Source: a virus
Strand: one strand, 5' to 3'
Length of the DNA: 64,000 nt
Virus record (IMG/VR): IMGVR_UViG_3300042556_001053
Location: 32,001 to 96,000 of that record
Positions 10,490 to 21,275 of the stretch are shown in pieces (the stretch's first letter is position 1; each line of letters starts with the position of its first letter). The position numbers were made by a program, and so were the translations under genes. The notes below the pieces were generated by a model. The model was given only the letters and a program-made list of their open reading frames with translations. It did not search any database and was not told the DNA's origin.

Positions 10490-11617
10490 TTATGACTCTA
10501 CTGCAGCATCTGCGTAAGCAACTGCATCAAGCTCTTCCCATTGTAGACCAAAGCGGACGAATACTGTGTATTCAATTGTGTCCTTCTTTGGCTGGTATGT
10601 GCGGTTTACAGTGATATCTCGCTGGAATCCCCATACACGGTTTGAAGGGAATGTAAGATCTACATAGCCTGCTGGGTAGTATGGAACTTCCTGAACGTCA
10701 ACACCAAGAACACGTGTTGTACGTGCTCCACCAAATGTCTGTGCTCCACCATCTAGGTAAGCCTGACGATTAGCCTGTGTTGATCCTGCGATCTGTCCTG
10801 CAAATGCTTCTGCAACTGCATCAGCAAGTGTACCGTTATTCTTAACGATTCCCTGGAATGCATCTGTACCTGCGTAGAACTTTAGATTGTTCTTGATAGC
10901 ACGGTACTTGCGTGGCATTGCTAGGATGATATCCTGCATAACTTCTGGTGTCCATGCGTTATCTGTTACAGTAACGATTGACTCATGTGCGCCACCATCT
11001 GTCTTAACACGGTTTACGAAACCTTCCATGATTGAAAGGAAGTCACCTGTTGAACCATCACCATTAATGGCAAGGTCTTCAATATCGTTTGCAAATGCAT
11101 TGGTCATCAAGCGAACTAGATGATCCTCAAGTGCTGCGCCTTCAATATTGTCTTCTAGTGCTTCTGTTGAAACTTCCCAGTCAAGACGAATCTTCTTGGT
11201 TGTAAGTTCTACCTTAGAGAATGTTGCACCTGCATTTGTAAATGTAGGCTGTGCCTGTGCTGCTGCACGAATGACACGCTCTCCAACGTTGACCTTCTCA
11301 AGTTCCATTGTGTTAGCACGCATTGTAACTCTACGACCATCCTTGGCTAGTACAGTTGCATCCCATACATAATCAATGAAGCGACGAGCCTGCTCTGGTG
11401 CAAGGATACCACCTGGTGTACCAGTTGGGTTTACTGCATTTGGTCCAGATGTTAATCCGTAATTTGCTGTCGCAATATTACCAAGTGAAGCTGCTGGACT
11501 TAGATTTCCATCGGGTCCTTGTGCTACTGCACCACCAATTCCACCTGATACGGCAACGCCATCACCTGTGGGATGATTAAAAGACTTTTGAAGATCTGTG
11601 TTTGTTGTTTCTGACAT
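10490..11617 (-). CDS. Major capsid protein (HK97 fold)
   Basis: GGILAPEQARRFI, VSTEALEDNIEG and DIEDLAINGD motifs; GGAGGTG RBS; synteny. Confidence 0.92.
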   Translation of the reverse strand: MSETTNTDLQKSFNHPTGDGVAVSGGIGGAVAQGPDGNLSPAASLGNIATANYGLTSGPNAVNPTGTPGGILAPEQARRFIDYVWDATVLAKDGRRVTMRANTMELEKVNVGERVIRAAAQAQPTFTNAGATFSKVELTTKKIRLDWEVSTEALEDNIEGAALEDHLVRLMTNAFANDIEDLAINGDGSTGDFLSIMEGFVNRVKTDGGAHESIVTVTDNAWTPEVMQDIILAMPRKYRAIKNNLKFYAGTDAFQGIVKNNGTLADAVAEAFAGQIAGSTQANRQAYLDGGAQTFGGARTTRVLGVDVQEVPYYPAGYVDLTFPSNRVWGFQRDITVNRTYQPKKDTIEYTVFVRFGLQWEELDAVAYADAAVES

Positions 11618-11643
11618 ATTGTTCACCTCCTAGTGATTTTGTT

Positions 11644-12951
11644 TTAGTTAAATAGGTCGGAATTTGTGAGGAAACGTCCGCCCCATAGGGATTTCTGAAT
11701 CACTTTAGGTGATTCCTGTACAATCTCGCCGAGATCGCCAGACTTGCGGAAAGCGGTATCTGCAACTACGGCATCTACGGTCTTTCCAAACTCATTAAAG
11801 CTTCCCTTAACTTCCTTAACTTCCTCTGTTACGGATTCAAGAGACTTTGTAATTGCATCAACGTTGGCTTGCATAGCCTTTACTGTTGCTGCAAGATCGC
11901 TCAAGGCATTAGTTACAGAGTTCTGAATTTCAGAAACTGCCTTGGCAACTTCTGCTGTTGCTGTTGCAACCTCAACGATTGCTTCGTCAGCCTTCTCTGT
12001 TACTTCTTCAATAGAAGGAGCACTAACCTCTTCAACAACTGCATCTGACTTTTCTGCTACAACTTCTTCTGTAACTTCTAGTGACTTTGCAACTGCCTCT
12101 GCAGGAGCCTCTGGAGCAACCTCAACTTCATTAACTACCTCTGCTGCTGGTGCTTCTGGAGCATCAACAACTGCTGTTGTTTCTTCTGTCATAGGATTAT
12201 CCTCCTTTGCTATCTTAATTGTTCTAATGCCTTTTGCACTATCAACTAAGAACTTTATCATTTCTGTTTTTTCTGAATCATTTTTTTCAACAAAACCAAT
12301 GTTTTTCATTTCTTCGCCAGTGACTGGACTTACTTCTGATTCATTTGCTGACAAAGTTACTAGGCCAGACTCTGAATCGTAAAATACATTTTCAACAACT
12401 ACATTAGCTGATGATCCTGTTAGTGTGTCTACTCCGTCAACCTTTTCAACGGATACAATATTTGCAAACTGATTTGCTGGGGAATCTACAAGACTCAACT
12501 CAATCAAATCGTATTCCTTAATAACTCTAATTGTCTTATCTGCTTTTTCATCATATGCATCGTCCCACTTGTTCATTCGTCCCCCAATAGAAAAACCAGT
12601 GTATGTACCATCAAGAACCTTTTCCCAGGCATCCTGTGCGCCCTTTGAAATATAGGCTGAAACAAAAACACCCTTGTAGAACTTCTTTGACTCTGTATCA
12701 AAATACTTTTCTTCTTTAAATGAAACCATCTTGCCTACTGCTGATGGCTGATGCATTTCTCTAATGTTGCCACGGAACTTTGCAAATGCTTCCATTGATG
12801 CTTCTGTTGTAACAATATCATCTTGCTTATCAAGGTTGTCCAAAGATGCAAATCCAGAAACGATGCGCTTCTCTTTGTCTACTTTTGTAAGAGGCATTGA
12901 CAGACGTACATTATCGCCGTCTGTTGACCAATGTGCTTTATTTATATTCAT
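11644..12951 (-). CDS. Prohead protease fused to scaffold-like acidic/coiled-coil tail
   Basis: VSGFAS..DKQDD, REMH, GFSIGG and ELSLVDSPAN motifs; Glu/Ala-rich C-half. Confidence 0.88.
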   Translation of the reverse strand: MNINKAHWSTDGDNVRLSMPLTKVDKEKRIVSGFASLDNLDKQDDIVTTEASMEAFAKFRGNIREMHQPSAVGKMVSFKEEKYFDTESKKFYKGVFVSAYISKGAQDAWEKVLDGTYTGFSIGGRMNKWDDAYDEKADKTIRVIKEYDLIELSLVDSPANQFANIVSVEKVDGVDTLTGSSANVVVENVFYDSESGLVTLSANESEVSPVTGEEMKNIGFVEKNDSEKTEMIKFLVDSAKGIRTIKIAKEDNPMTEETTAVVDAPEAPAAEVVNEVEVAPEAPAEAVAKSLEVTEEVVAEKSDAVVEEVSAPSIEEVTEKADEAIVEVATATAEVAKAVSEIQNSVTNALSDLAATVKAMQANVDAITKSLESVTEEVKEVKGSFNEFGKTVDAVVADTAFRKSGDLGEIVQESPKVIQKSLWGGRFLTNSDLFN

Positions 12952-12991
12952 GACGATTCTATTATACCAAACCTTTTAAACATTTTCTCAA

Positions 12992-14596
12992 CTATTGAGA
13001 CGCTCTGCCTTCACCCTGTGGATTGCGTCCAGTTGTGGTTGCAGGTCCATCAGATTGACTATTGTTTCGTTCAGTATCTCTTGCTCTGTTTCCAGATGCA
13101 TTTGCTCTAGCATCTGTTGCTTGTCTTGGAGACATTTCAAATGGAGTATCTCCGTCTGGATGCTGTGGAAGACCAATTGCTTCACGAGCTTCATTTGGCA
13201 TCATGACCTGAGTCTTGACATATCTTTCCAGAATCTGTGATTGAGTGATTTCATCTGTAAGTGTAAGTTCATTAAACTTTAACTCAAGAACGTCTGTTTT
13301 TTCTTTGATGATTTTGTTGATGACTTTATTAAGGTGCCCTTGAGCAGGACGTGAAACTTGCTCTTTAAATGTTCTGTCTTGTGCAATTGATGCTGCGATT
13401 GCTGCTGAGTCAGTACCGCCAAGTTTTGAAATTGGCACCTGATGAGCAACAAGAATATCGTCACGATTTTGCTTGCGGTACTCCTTAAATGAACCATCCT
13501 GAATACCGTTTTCAATTGGCTCCATTTTAAACTCAACCTTATTCTGATCAGTATCTCCAGGAAGAGGAATATAGAGGGTTCTATGAGACTGTGCTTTAAG
13601 ACCTGTCTGTAAGAAGCGAAACATCTTGTCCTCTGCTTCACCAGAAAGCTTTGCGCCCTTTAGGGTTACGACATATCTTGGAACAGCTTTATTCTCAAAG
13701 TAGTCAATGTTATATTGTGATGCAAGTTGATCACCAATAAGTGAAGGAAGTGCTGCAATAATGTCAGGAATTCCATAGAAAGTGTTTAGTGGAGAATACT
13801 CCTTGATATGAATAATCTCATTTGGTCGTGGATCTTCTGTCACTGGATTAGGATTGGTTGCACCAAAGTTTCTAAAGTAAACAATCTTTTGTGCAATGAT
13901 CTGCATGTATCCATCACGCAAACGGCGTACACGAATTGTTGTTGATGGTATATGACCAACATAGCCAATATCTCCATTTACTGTACGACCTATTTCAAGG
14001 TACCCATTTCCAGTAGACTCAACATCTGTGTAAACCTTTTCCATTGTTTTGGTAAATGAATCATCATCATTAAGGTTTTCTAGCCAGTCACGCATTTCAA
14101 GCTTCATTCTTTCCATACGCTTGCGTGCTTTATCTGTAGCACTTTGCTCTTTACCCTCAAAGGAAAGCATAGTACGATCTGTTGGTTCAAATGAATATCC
14201 AAGGCCAACAATGTTTGCAACCTTTGCATCAATAGCAGCGTGGTTAGCAAAAGATGTATCATAAAAATTTGCAAGTTCATATAGATTGTATGGAGGAGTA
14301 ATTACGTCAAATAGTCCGTAACCATTTCTATATACCGTTCCAGGATTAATCTGCTTTGATGAAGCATCTACTCCTGATGGTGTAACATTTGCAGAATCTA
14401 GATATGCTGCATTATTTACATCTGCAAACTTATTAAGGTTTCTTGCTGTTCTACGACGAAAGTTTTGCTCTAGTCCAGAAAAGTCTTTAAGCATTTCCCA
14501 TGACTTGTTAAATGGGTCCTGGTCTCTAAAAACATTTTCTTTTTCATCTTGCGTGTTTAAACTTGCAGAGATATACTGATACTCGTTATTATCCAT
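12992..14596 (-). CDS. Portal protein (PBSX/HK97-like)
   Basis: TGNGYLEI, EIIH..YSP...YGIP, YFENKAVP and MPNEAREAIGLP motifs. Confidence 0.92.
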   Translation of the reverse strand: MDNNEYQYISASLNTQDEKENVFRDQDPFNKSWEMLKDFSGLEQNFRRRTARNLNKFADVNNAAYLDSANVTPSGVDASSKQINPGTVYRNGYGLFDVITPPYNLYELANFYDTSFANHAAIDAKVANIVGLGYSFEPTDRTMLSFEGKEQSATDKARKRMERMKLEMRDWLENLNDDDSFTKTMEKVYTDVESTGNGYLEIGRTVNGDIGYVGHIPSTTIRVRRLRDGYMQIIAQKIVYFRNFGATNPNPVTEDPRPNEIIHIKEYSPLNTFYGIPDIIAALPSLIGDQLASQYNIDYFENKAVPRYVVTLKGAKLSGEAEDKMFRFLQTGLKAQSHRTLYIPLPGDTDQNKVEFKMEPIENGIQDGSFKEYRKQNRDDILVAHQVPISKLGGTDSAAIAASIAQDRTFKEQVSRPAQGHLNKVINKIIKEKTDVLELKFNELTLTDEITQSQILERYVKTQVMMPNEAREAIGLPQHPDGDTPFEMSPRQATDARANASGNRARDTERNNSQSDGPATTTGRNPQGEGRASQ

Positions 14597-14999
14597 TTTC
14601 GTACGCTTCTCTTCCATGTGTATTGAGTGTATCCTTTGCAGCTTTCCAAGCACCTAGGTCATTTTTAGATGGGATTAAACCATTAACCATACGATCAAGC
14701 TGTTCTGAGTGCTCTTCTTCTGAAATACGTGTAAGTCCAGGAACAAAGATTGCTTCTCCATCTCCTGGATCACCATAGTACTTAGCTGCATTCTTTAGCT
14801 CAGCTATCTTTGAAATATCACTACGCATAGACTCAATATTGAGAACGTTTCCGTTACCGTCAGTGAACCAACGACCATTTGCCTTTTTATAGACATATAG
14901 TCCCCAATCATAGTTTTTCTCAATGACCTTTTTACGAACATTTCCAACAATTGGTAAACCAGTGTTTGGATTGATTAATGGATTATTTGTATTACTCAT
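14589..14999 (-). CDS. Hypothetical protein upstream of portal
   Basis: ORF with a leaderless TGGTATACT promoter; overlaps the portal start. Confidence 0.6.
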   Translation of the reverse strand: MSNTNNPLINPNTGLPIVGNVRKKVIEKNYDWGLYVYKKANGRWFTDGNGNVLNIESMRSDISKIAELKNAAKYYGDPGDGEAIFVPGLTRISEEEHSEQLDRMVNGLIPSKNDLGAWKAAKDTLNTHGREAYENG

Positions 15000-15046
15000 A
15001 ACCATAAGTATACCATAATGATACTAAAGTGAACCAACTGGAACCA

Positions 15047-17080
15047 TTAGTACAGCTTGATTTCACATGCATCAGTTGAGCAATATGCTTCACCTTCTGC
15101 TTCAAGATTTTCTACTCCATCATAAATAGCAGACCAATCAATCTTGCCAATTGTTCCAACGTATGCGTTGTACTCTTCTCTTGATATTTCTGTGTATGGT
15201 TGCTGTGGATAAGTTTTATTTCCCATTGGAAGGAATGACACTGCCTTTAGCTGACCTTCATACATATTAAGTGCTGGAGCCACAAACTGCTTTTCTGTTT
15301 CCTTATCAAATGATAGTGTTACAGAAACACCATTGTCTGACCAGTACTTCTGAGCAGTTGCTGCCAAACCAATCTTCTCAAATAGGCTTACTTGCTTCTC
15401 AGCACGCTTATGCCCTGATGCAACTGGGAAGTATACTACTGAGGTATTTGCTGATACTAGATCTGCTTCAATCTTATACCCTGCAGCTTTGAAAAGGTGA
15501 AGCATTGGATCAGTGTTTCCAAAACGAATTGCACGTAGGTAAAATTCTCCACCAGGTCCCCAGTGAACTCCAGGAGTTGCACCAGAAAGAAGTGAAACAG
15601 ATCCTGATGGCTTAACTGTTGTTACACGAACTGATTCACGAACACAAAGCCATTCTGAGTACTTGTGGTCGTAGTGACGAATCTTGTTGTAGCCTTCGTC
15701 CATCCATTCACGTGTTGTTGGAAGACCATATGTGTCTGCAAATGATGCAATACCTGTCAATGATGTACCAATACGACGATTTCTTTGCATGATACCGTTT
15801 GTTTGCTGCCAATGTGTAGGCATAAGGGTTACAGTCTTTCCATAAAGATATGCAAACTTCAATGTCTTGAGGAAGTCCTCCTTAGATTCATGACGATTTA
15901 GGTGCACTTCTACAAGTGTACAAAGTTCGTATGACTCCAATGGCTGCTCCGCACAAGGATTGAAGCCCATGATGCGAGCATCTTTATAATCAGGTGCGTC
16001 CGCAAGACGGCCATAATCACGAGCAACATCAAGCCAAATAAAACCTGGCTCTCCGTTGTCCGCAATTAAATCTACATAATCTTCGTACTTTGTTCCAATT
16101 GATGCTGAGATAGAGTTGTTTGACATCCATGCCCAGCCTGGTTTTTCTGGATCATATGAGTTACGCTCTGGAAATATTTCTGGATTCTTAAGATTAATAA
16201 AACCATCGTCCTCTGGTGTGCCAAGAGCAAGAGTAGCAGAACGACGAACATTTCCAGAAACAACACATGTGCCAATTAAATTAACAATGTCAACAATTGC
16301 ACGGCTATCCAAGAACTCTCCTGCTCTAGAACCAATTACATTGCGAATGCGTGTATGTAGATCAATGAGTGGTGCTGGACCGCTTGCAACGCCTCCAAAG
16401 CCCTTAATAGGGGCACCTAGTGGACGGATAAGGTCATAGTTGAATAGCTGAATTGATTGATTCTGTCGTAGGAACGAATTAATTAAAAGACGAACTGATT
16501 CAACCCATCCTTCACGAGTGTCAGGGATTTCATAGGTTGATTCTGGCTCTGTAGGTGCATAGATTGCCATCTTCTTGTCTTGTCCAAGAGTATCAAATCC
16601 AACTCCAATGCCAAGCATTAATGCATCCATTACCCAAGCAAATAATGCACCAGGATCATTGCGATCAAGGTCTCTTGTAGAAACCATTGCACAGTTTTGA
16701 AGGGAAGCAGAGTTACGCTTCTCCATAGTCATAGGTGTACCAAATGCCCAAAGACCACGACCTGGAGGTGTCCACTTTAATTCAAACATTCTTTGAAAAG
16801 CTTCTTGTGCAGACTTCTGTGCCTTATTGTCGTTCCATGGTAGACGATTATCCTTGGCATGGTTCTTTTGTACTGAATACATACCCTCAATTACACGACG
16901 ACAAACTTCATGCCAGCGTTCTTTTGTACCATCTTCCTTGACACGAGAGTATGTACGAATAAATGTTATCTCTCCCAACGAATTAGATCCTGCATCTGAG
17001 AATCCAAATGGTGCTGGAATTAGTTGATATTTATTTACAAACTCATCTGACAAACGAAATGAAAATACACTTTCTGACAT
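15047..17080 (-). CDS. nrdJ: Class II (adenosylcobalamin-dependent) ribonucleoside-triphosphate reductase
   Basis: PPGRGLW, LQNCA, VVSGNVRRSA, GFNPCAEQ (catalytic Cys), TTVKPSG and C-terminal CSTDAC. Confidence 0.93.
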   Translation of the reverse strand: MSESVFSFRLSDEFVNKYQLIPAPFGFSDAGSNSLGEITFIRTYSRVKEDGTKERWHEVCRRVIEGMYSVQKNHAKDNRLPWNDNKAQKSAQEAFQRMFELKWTPPGRGLWAFGTPMTMEKRNSASLQNCAMVSTRDLDRNDPGALFAWVMDALMLGIGVGFDTLGQDKKMAIYAPTEPESTYEIPDTREGWVESVRLLINSFLRQNQSIQLFNYDLIRPLGAPIKGFGGVASGPAPLIDLHTRIRNVIGSRAGEFLDSRAIVDIVNLIGTCVVSGNVRRSATLALGTPEDDGFINLKNPEIFPERNSYDPEKPGWAWMSNNSISASIGTKYEDYVDLIADNGEPGFIWLDVARDYGRLADAPDYKDARIMGFNPCAEQPLESYELCTLVEVHLNRHESKEDFLKTLKFAYLYGKTVTLMPTHWQQTNGIMQRNRRIGTSLTGIASFADTYGLPTTREWMDEGYNKIRHYDHKYSEWLCVRESVRVTTVKPSGSVSLLSGATPGVHWGPGGEFYLRAIRFGNTDPMLHLFKAAGYKIEADLVSANTSVVYFPVASGHKRAEKQVSLFEKIGLAATAQKYWSDNGVSVTLSFDKETEKQFVAPALNMYEGQLKAVSFLPMGNKTYPQQPYTEISREEYNAYVGTIGKIDWSAIYDGVENLEAEGEAYCSTDACEIKLY

Positions 17081-17165
17081 TTTATATACCTTTCAAAGTA
17101 AAATTATATGAGTACTTCATGTTTTCTGAAGTAGTACTCAAGTATAACACACTTTAAAAAGAAAA

Positions 17166-17187
17166 ACACGCTCACTAGGAGCGTGTT
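17166..17187 (-). terminator. Terminator between fibre gene and nrdJ
   Basis: AACACGCTC/GAGCGTGTT hairpin with U-tract on the minus strand. Confidence 0.6.
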
Positions 17188-17228
17188 AATCTATAGTATA
17201 GAGTTAGCACTCTATTTTTTTATAAGTG

Positions 17229-20200
17229 CTATGCTGAAAGATCTCCAACAACAACCCAAGTGTCTGGATTTGCACGCTTAATAAGCGTTGCACTAGACCA
17301 TTGTGCTCTTAGCTTTAGTCCTGGAGTTCCGTTAATTGTAACTCCTGCGCCTGCAGTAACTGTTGTTTGTCCAGCACCTACTTGTAGGATATCAATCTGA
17401 GTTCCTACTGGGAAAGAAACTGTTGAGTTTGGCTGAACCGTAATGGTGTTTGCACCAGCAACGTTCATTTCAACCATCTTTCCTCTATCAGCAGCAACTA
17501 TTAAATAAGATGCATTTTGTGGACTTGTTGCAAGTTCAGAGAGAACGATGTTTCCTGTTCCAATTTCATCTGTAAGCATTGAAGCAAGGTTAGCAGATGA
17601 TGGAGTTGCAAGGAATGTTGCCACTCCTGATCCAAGTCCTGAGATACCAGTTGCTACTGGAAGACCAGTTGCATTTGTAAGTGTTGCAGATGCTGGTGTT
17701 CCAAGTGCTGCACCGTTAGGAATTGTTACTGTTCCAGTAAATGTAGGTGAAGCAAGAGGAGCACGTGTTGTATCGCTAGCATGTACGTGGTCTGCACGAG
17801 CATACTTTAATGATGTTCCAACTGCAGCTGTTCCATTCATTGCTGGTGTAGCTGCTGATGCCTGACCAACAACGTATGCTGTAGTTGCTACCTGAGTTGT
17901 GTTAGTGTCTGCAGCAGCTGTTGGTGAAGTAGGTGTTCCAGTTAATGCTGGAGAAGCTAAAGGAGCTTTGTTTCCAAGAGCTGTTGTTATTGTAGCTGCA
18001 TAGTTTGCGTCATCTCCAAGTGCTGCAGCAAGTTCATCAAGAGTGTTTAGCGCTGCTGGTGCTCCAGTTGTTAGAACAGCAAGTTCTTGTTGTACGAAGC
18101 TTGTTGTTGCAACTTGTGTTGTATTAGTACCAGTTGCTGCTAGTGGAGCAGTTGGAGTGCCAGTAAGTGCTGGAGAAGCAAGAGGTGCCTTATTATTTAA
18201 CTGTGTCTGAATTGCTGAAGTAACTCCATCAAGGTATCCTGCTTCTGTTTCAGATATTGTTGAAGATATTGCAAGCTTTGTCCAGTCAATTGCTGCTGAT
18301 GCGTTAATGTCAGCATTTACAATTGTACCGTCAAGAATCTTAGCTGATGTAACTGCACCATCTGCCAAGTCACCAGCAACGATAGTTCCATCAAGAATCA
18401 TTCCAGATGTGACAGTTCCTGTTGGAAGAGTAACTGTTCCTGTAAATGTTGGTGAAGCAAGTGAAGCCTTAAGATCAAGAGCTGTTTGGGTTGCTGTTGA
18501 TACTGGCTTATTAGCATCTGATGTATTATCTACAGATCCCAATCCTACCATTGACTTAGTGATACCTGAAACAGTACCTGTGAATGTTGGGTTTGCTAGT
18601 GGAGCCTTAAGATCCAAAGCTACCTGTGTATCATCAGAGATTGGCTTGTCAGCGTCTGATGTATTATCAACGTTACCCAAGCCTACCATTGACTTTGTTA
18701 CACCAGCTACTGTACCTGTAAAGGTTGGTGAATCAATTGGTGCATATGTATCTTCTGCATCTAAAATATCAAGCTTTAGGTTTAGCTCTTCTTGAGTAGC
18801 ACTTGAAACTGGCTTATTAATATCTGATGTATTATCAACATTTGCAAGTCCAACCATGCTCTTTGTTATACCTGCCACTGTTCCAGTAAATGTAGGAGAA
18901 GCAATTGGTGCATAAGTTGTAGCAGCAGTTGATGAGTTAAGCTTAGCATCTAAAGCAGTTTGAGTTAGTGTAGATATTGGCTTGTTAGCATCTGAAGTAT
19001 TGTCAACCTGTGATAATCCAACCATTCCCTTTGTAATACCAGAAACTGTTCCAGTAAATGTAGGTGAAGCTAGAGGAGCCTTAAGATCAAGAGCATTTTG
19101 AGTAGCTGTAGATATTGCCTTATCAGCATCGCTTGTATTTGCAACGTTTCCAAGTCCTACCATTGCCTTTGTTATACCAGCAACTGTTCCTGTGAAAGTT
19201 GGAGAATCAAGTGGTGCCTTAAGATCTAAAGCAGTTTGTGCAGCAGTTGAAATTATCTTATCTAAATCTGATGTATTATCTACAGATCCTAGACCAACCA
19301 TGGCTTTTGTTACACCAGAGACTGTCCCTGTGAAGGTTGGGTTTGCTAGTGGTGCCTTTAAGTCTAATGCAGCTTGTGTTGCAGTTGATGTTGGCTTGTT
19401 AGCATCTGTTGTGTTGTCAACATTGCCTAGTCCAACCATAGCTTTGGTTATACCAGACACTGTGCCTGTAAAGGTTGGTGCTGATAGTGGGGCATAGGTA
19501 TTGCTTGCTAATGTTGCTCCAAGCTTTGAATCAAGCTGACTCTGAACTGGTGCTGTTACACCATTAAGATACTGAAGCTCTGTGTTTGAAACGTCTCCAA
19601 TTGTTGCAGAAGATGCTGTAAATCCAGCTACCGCTAAATCGTCTAGTGAGCCTTGTGTAAAGTCTACTGTTGTTGTTGGCTCTGTTGTAACACCCTTGAA
19701 CAACTTCCACTTAGCATCAGATACGTCTCTTACAAGACCTGAGTGCTTTGCTGAACCATCGTTGTATCCAACTACAAGACCAAGGTCAACTGTATTTGCT
19801 GCATTTTGATGAGCAAGCTGAACCATGTTATCTTCAATTGTTATAGATGTTGCTGATGCTGCAAAATTGGTTCCGTTAACTGTAAGGTCTCCCTCTACAG
19901 TAACATTTCCAGTTGCTATGAGGTCAGGTACTGTTACTTCTCCTGTAAATGTAGGTGAAGCCAAAGGAGACTTTAGGTCAAGTGCTGACTGAGTAGCTGT
20001 TGAAATTGGCTTATCAGCATCTGAAGTATTTTGTGCATTACCAAGTCCTACCATTGCCTTCGTTACACCTGAGACTGTGCCTGTAAATGTAGGTGAAGCA
20101 ATAGGTGCCTTAAGGTCTAAAGCAGCTTGTGTTGCAGTTGAAATCATCTTATCAGAATCTGATGTGTTATCTACAGAACCTAGACCAACCATAGACTTGG

Positions 20201-21230
20201 TTATACCAGAAACTGTTCCTGTAAAGGTTGGGTCTGCTAAAGGAGCTTTTAGATCAAGCTCTGTTTGTGTAGCATCTGAAATTGGCTTGTTAGCGTCTGA
20301 TGTATTATCTACGTTTTCTAGCCCTACCATTGACTTAGTAATACCTGATACAGTACCTGTGAATGTTGGTGCATCTAGTCTTGCAATAGTTGAGTTAACA
20401 GCAAACTGCTCATTATCTATGTCCCACTCTAATCCATCTCCCGCAAGGAGTGGATAATCTCCTGTTGAGTTTGCAATTTGATCATTAACATAGTCTTGTG
20501 TAGCAAGATCTTGTGTATCTGCAATACCGTGTACGTTTGTTGTTTCATCATTGTGTGTTGATACCGCAGAATCTGCGTAAGATTTTGTTGCTACTGTTGA
20601 ATCAATATCAAGGGTAATTGTGTTGGCTATATCGTCATAAGCTTTATCAAGTCCTACTCCAGCTACAATTGCTGTATTTACGGCATCCTGTGCTAGTTCT
20701 GTAATTGCAGATGCATCTGCCTTAAGATTAAGAGCTGTCTGTGTAGCGGTTGAGATAGGCTTGTTAGCGTCTGAAGTATTGTCTACGTTTCCAAGACCAA
20801 CATCTCCCTTTACTATTCCTGATGGAGAAGTAATAGTTTTGTTAGTTAAAGTTTGTGTACCAGTTGTTGTAACAAGAATGCTTGTATCTGCAATACCGTG
20901 AATATTTGTTGTATCTGATTGGTGGTTTGAAAGGTTTGTGGCAATTGTAGTAAAAAATTCGGGATCATCATTAATAGCAGCTGCTAACTCATTAAGGGTA
21001 TTAAGTGCACCAGGGGCACCGTCAATAAGCGCTGTAATTTCTGCAAGAGCACCTTCTCCATCTATGAAGTAGTTGAGGTTAACCCAATGATTAACTCCAT
21101 CACCAATCTTAAACTTATTAGTGTCTAGTTCATATCCAATTTCTCCAGCATTTAGGACTGGTCCTTGGCCTGAGTTAGTAGAAATCCATTGTGCAGCGGT
21201 TCCTTTACGCTGTTGCATTCTTGTTGCCAT
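17229..21230 (-). CDS. Long tail fibre with Mtd/hyaluronidase-like N-terminal domain and 46-aa repeats
   Basis: QQRKGTAAQW...GEIGYELDTNKFKIGDG N-terminus; about 11 copies of KAPLASPTFTGTVSGITKSMVGLGNVDNTSD; APAALNTLDELAAAL motifs; C-terminal WVVVGDL. Confidence 0.85.
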   Translation of the reverse strand: MATRMQQRKGTAAQWISTNSGQGPVLNAGEIGYELDTNKFKIGDGVNHWVNLNYFIDGEGALAEITALIDGAPGALNTLNELAAAINDDPEFFTTIATNLSNHQSDTTNIHGIADTSILVTTTGTQTLTNKTITSPSGIVKGDVGLGNVDNTSDANKPISTATQTALNLKADASAITELAQDAVNTAIVAGVGLDKAYDDIANTITLDIDSTVATKSYADSAVSTHNDETTNVHGIADTQDLATQDYVNDQIANSTGDYPLLAGDGLEWDIDNEQFAVNSTIARLDAPTFTGTVSGITKSMVGLENVDNTSDANKPISDATQTELDLKAPLADPTFTGTVSGITKSMVGLGSVDNTSDSDKMISTATQAALDLKAPIASPTFTGTVSGVTKAMVGLGNAQNTSDADKPISTATQSALDLKSPLASPTFTGEVTVPDLIATGNVTVEGDLTVNGTNFAASATSITIEDNMVQLAHQNAANTVDLGLVVGYNDGSAKHSGLVRDVSDAKWKLFKGVTTEPTTTVDFTQGSLDDLAVAGFTASSATIGDVSNTELQYLNGVTAPVQSQLDSKLGATLASNTYAPLSAPTFTGTVSGITKAMVGLGNVDNTTDANKPTSTATQAALDLKAPLANPTFTGTVSGVTKAMVGLGSVDNTSDLDKIISTAAQTALDLKAPLDSPTFTGTVAGITKAMVGLGNVANTSDADKAISTATQNALDLKAPLASPTFTGTVSGITKGMVGLSQVDNTSDANKPISTLTQTALDAKLNSSTAATTYAPIASPTFTGTVAGITKSMVGLANVDNTSDINKPVSSATQEELNLKLDILDAEDTYAPIDSPTFTGTVAGVTKSMVGLGNVDNTSDADKPISDDTQVALDLKAPLANPTFTGTVSGITKSMVGLGSVDNTSDANKPVSTATQTALDLKASLASPTFTGTVTLPTGTVTSGMILDGTIVAGDLADGAVTSAKILDGTIVNADINASAAIDWTKLAISSTISETEAGYLDGVTSAIQTQLNNKAPLASPALTGTPTAPLAATGTNTTQVATTSFVQQELAVLTTGAPAALNTLDELAAALGDDANYAATITTALGNKAPLASPALTGTPTSPTAAADTNTTQVATTAYVVGQASAATPAMNGTAAVGTSLKYARADHVHASDTTRAPLASPTFTGTVTIPNGAALGTPASATLTNATGLPVATGISGLGSGVATFLATPSSANLASMLTDEIGTGNIVLSELATSPQNASYLIVAADRGKMVEMNVAGANTITVQPNSTVSFPVGTQIDILQVGAGQTTVTAGAGVTINGTPGLKLRAQWSSATLIKRANPDTWVVVGDLSA

Positions 21231-21275
21231 TTATTGCTCTCCCTTGGTGGTATGTAATAGTATTATAACAGATAA

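Noticed and set aside
17085-17200. Cobalamin riboswitch or NrdR box upstream of nrdJ
   Set aside because: Leader is too short and no convincing consensus is present; only a simple GAGTAC...GTACTC hairpin is visible.
17204-17232. CIRCE-like TTAGCACTC element
   Set aside because: Spacer is 11 nt rather than 9 and the right arm is imperfect; better explained as a hairpin at the fibre gene stop.
17229-21230. Diversity-generating retroelement suggested by the Mtd-like N-terminus
   Set aside because: No reverse transcriptase and no adenine-specific template/variable repeat pair seen in the window.
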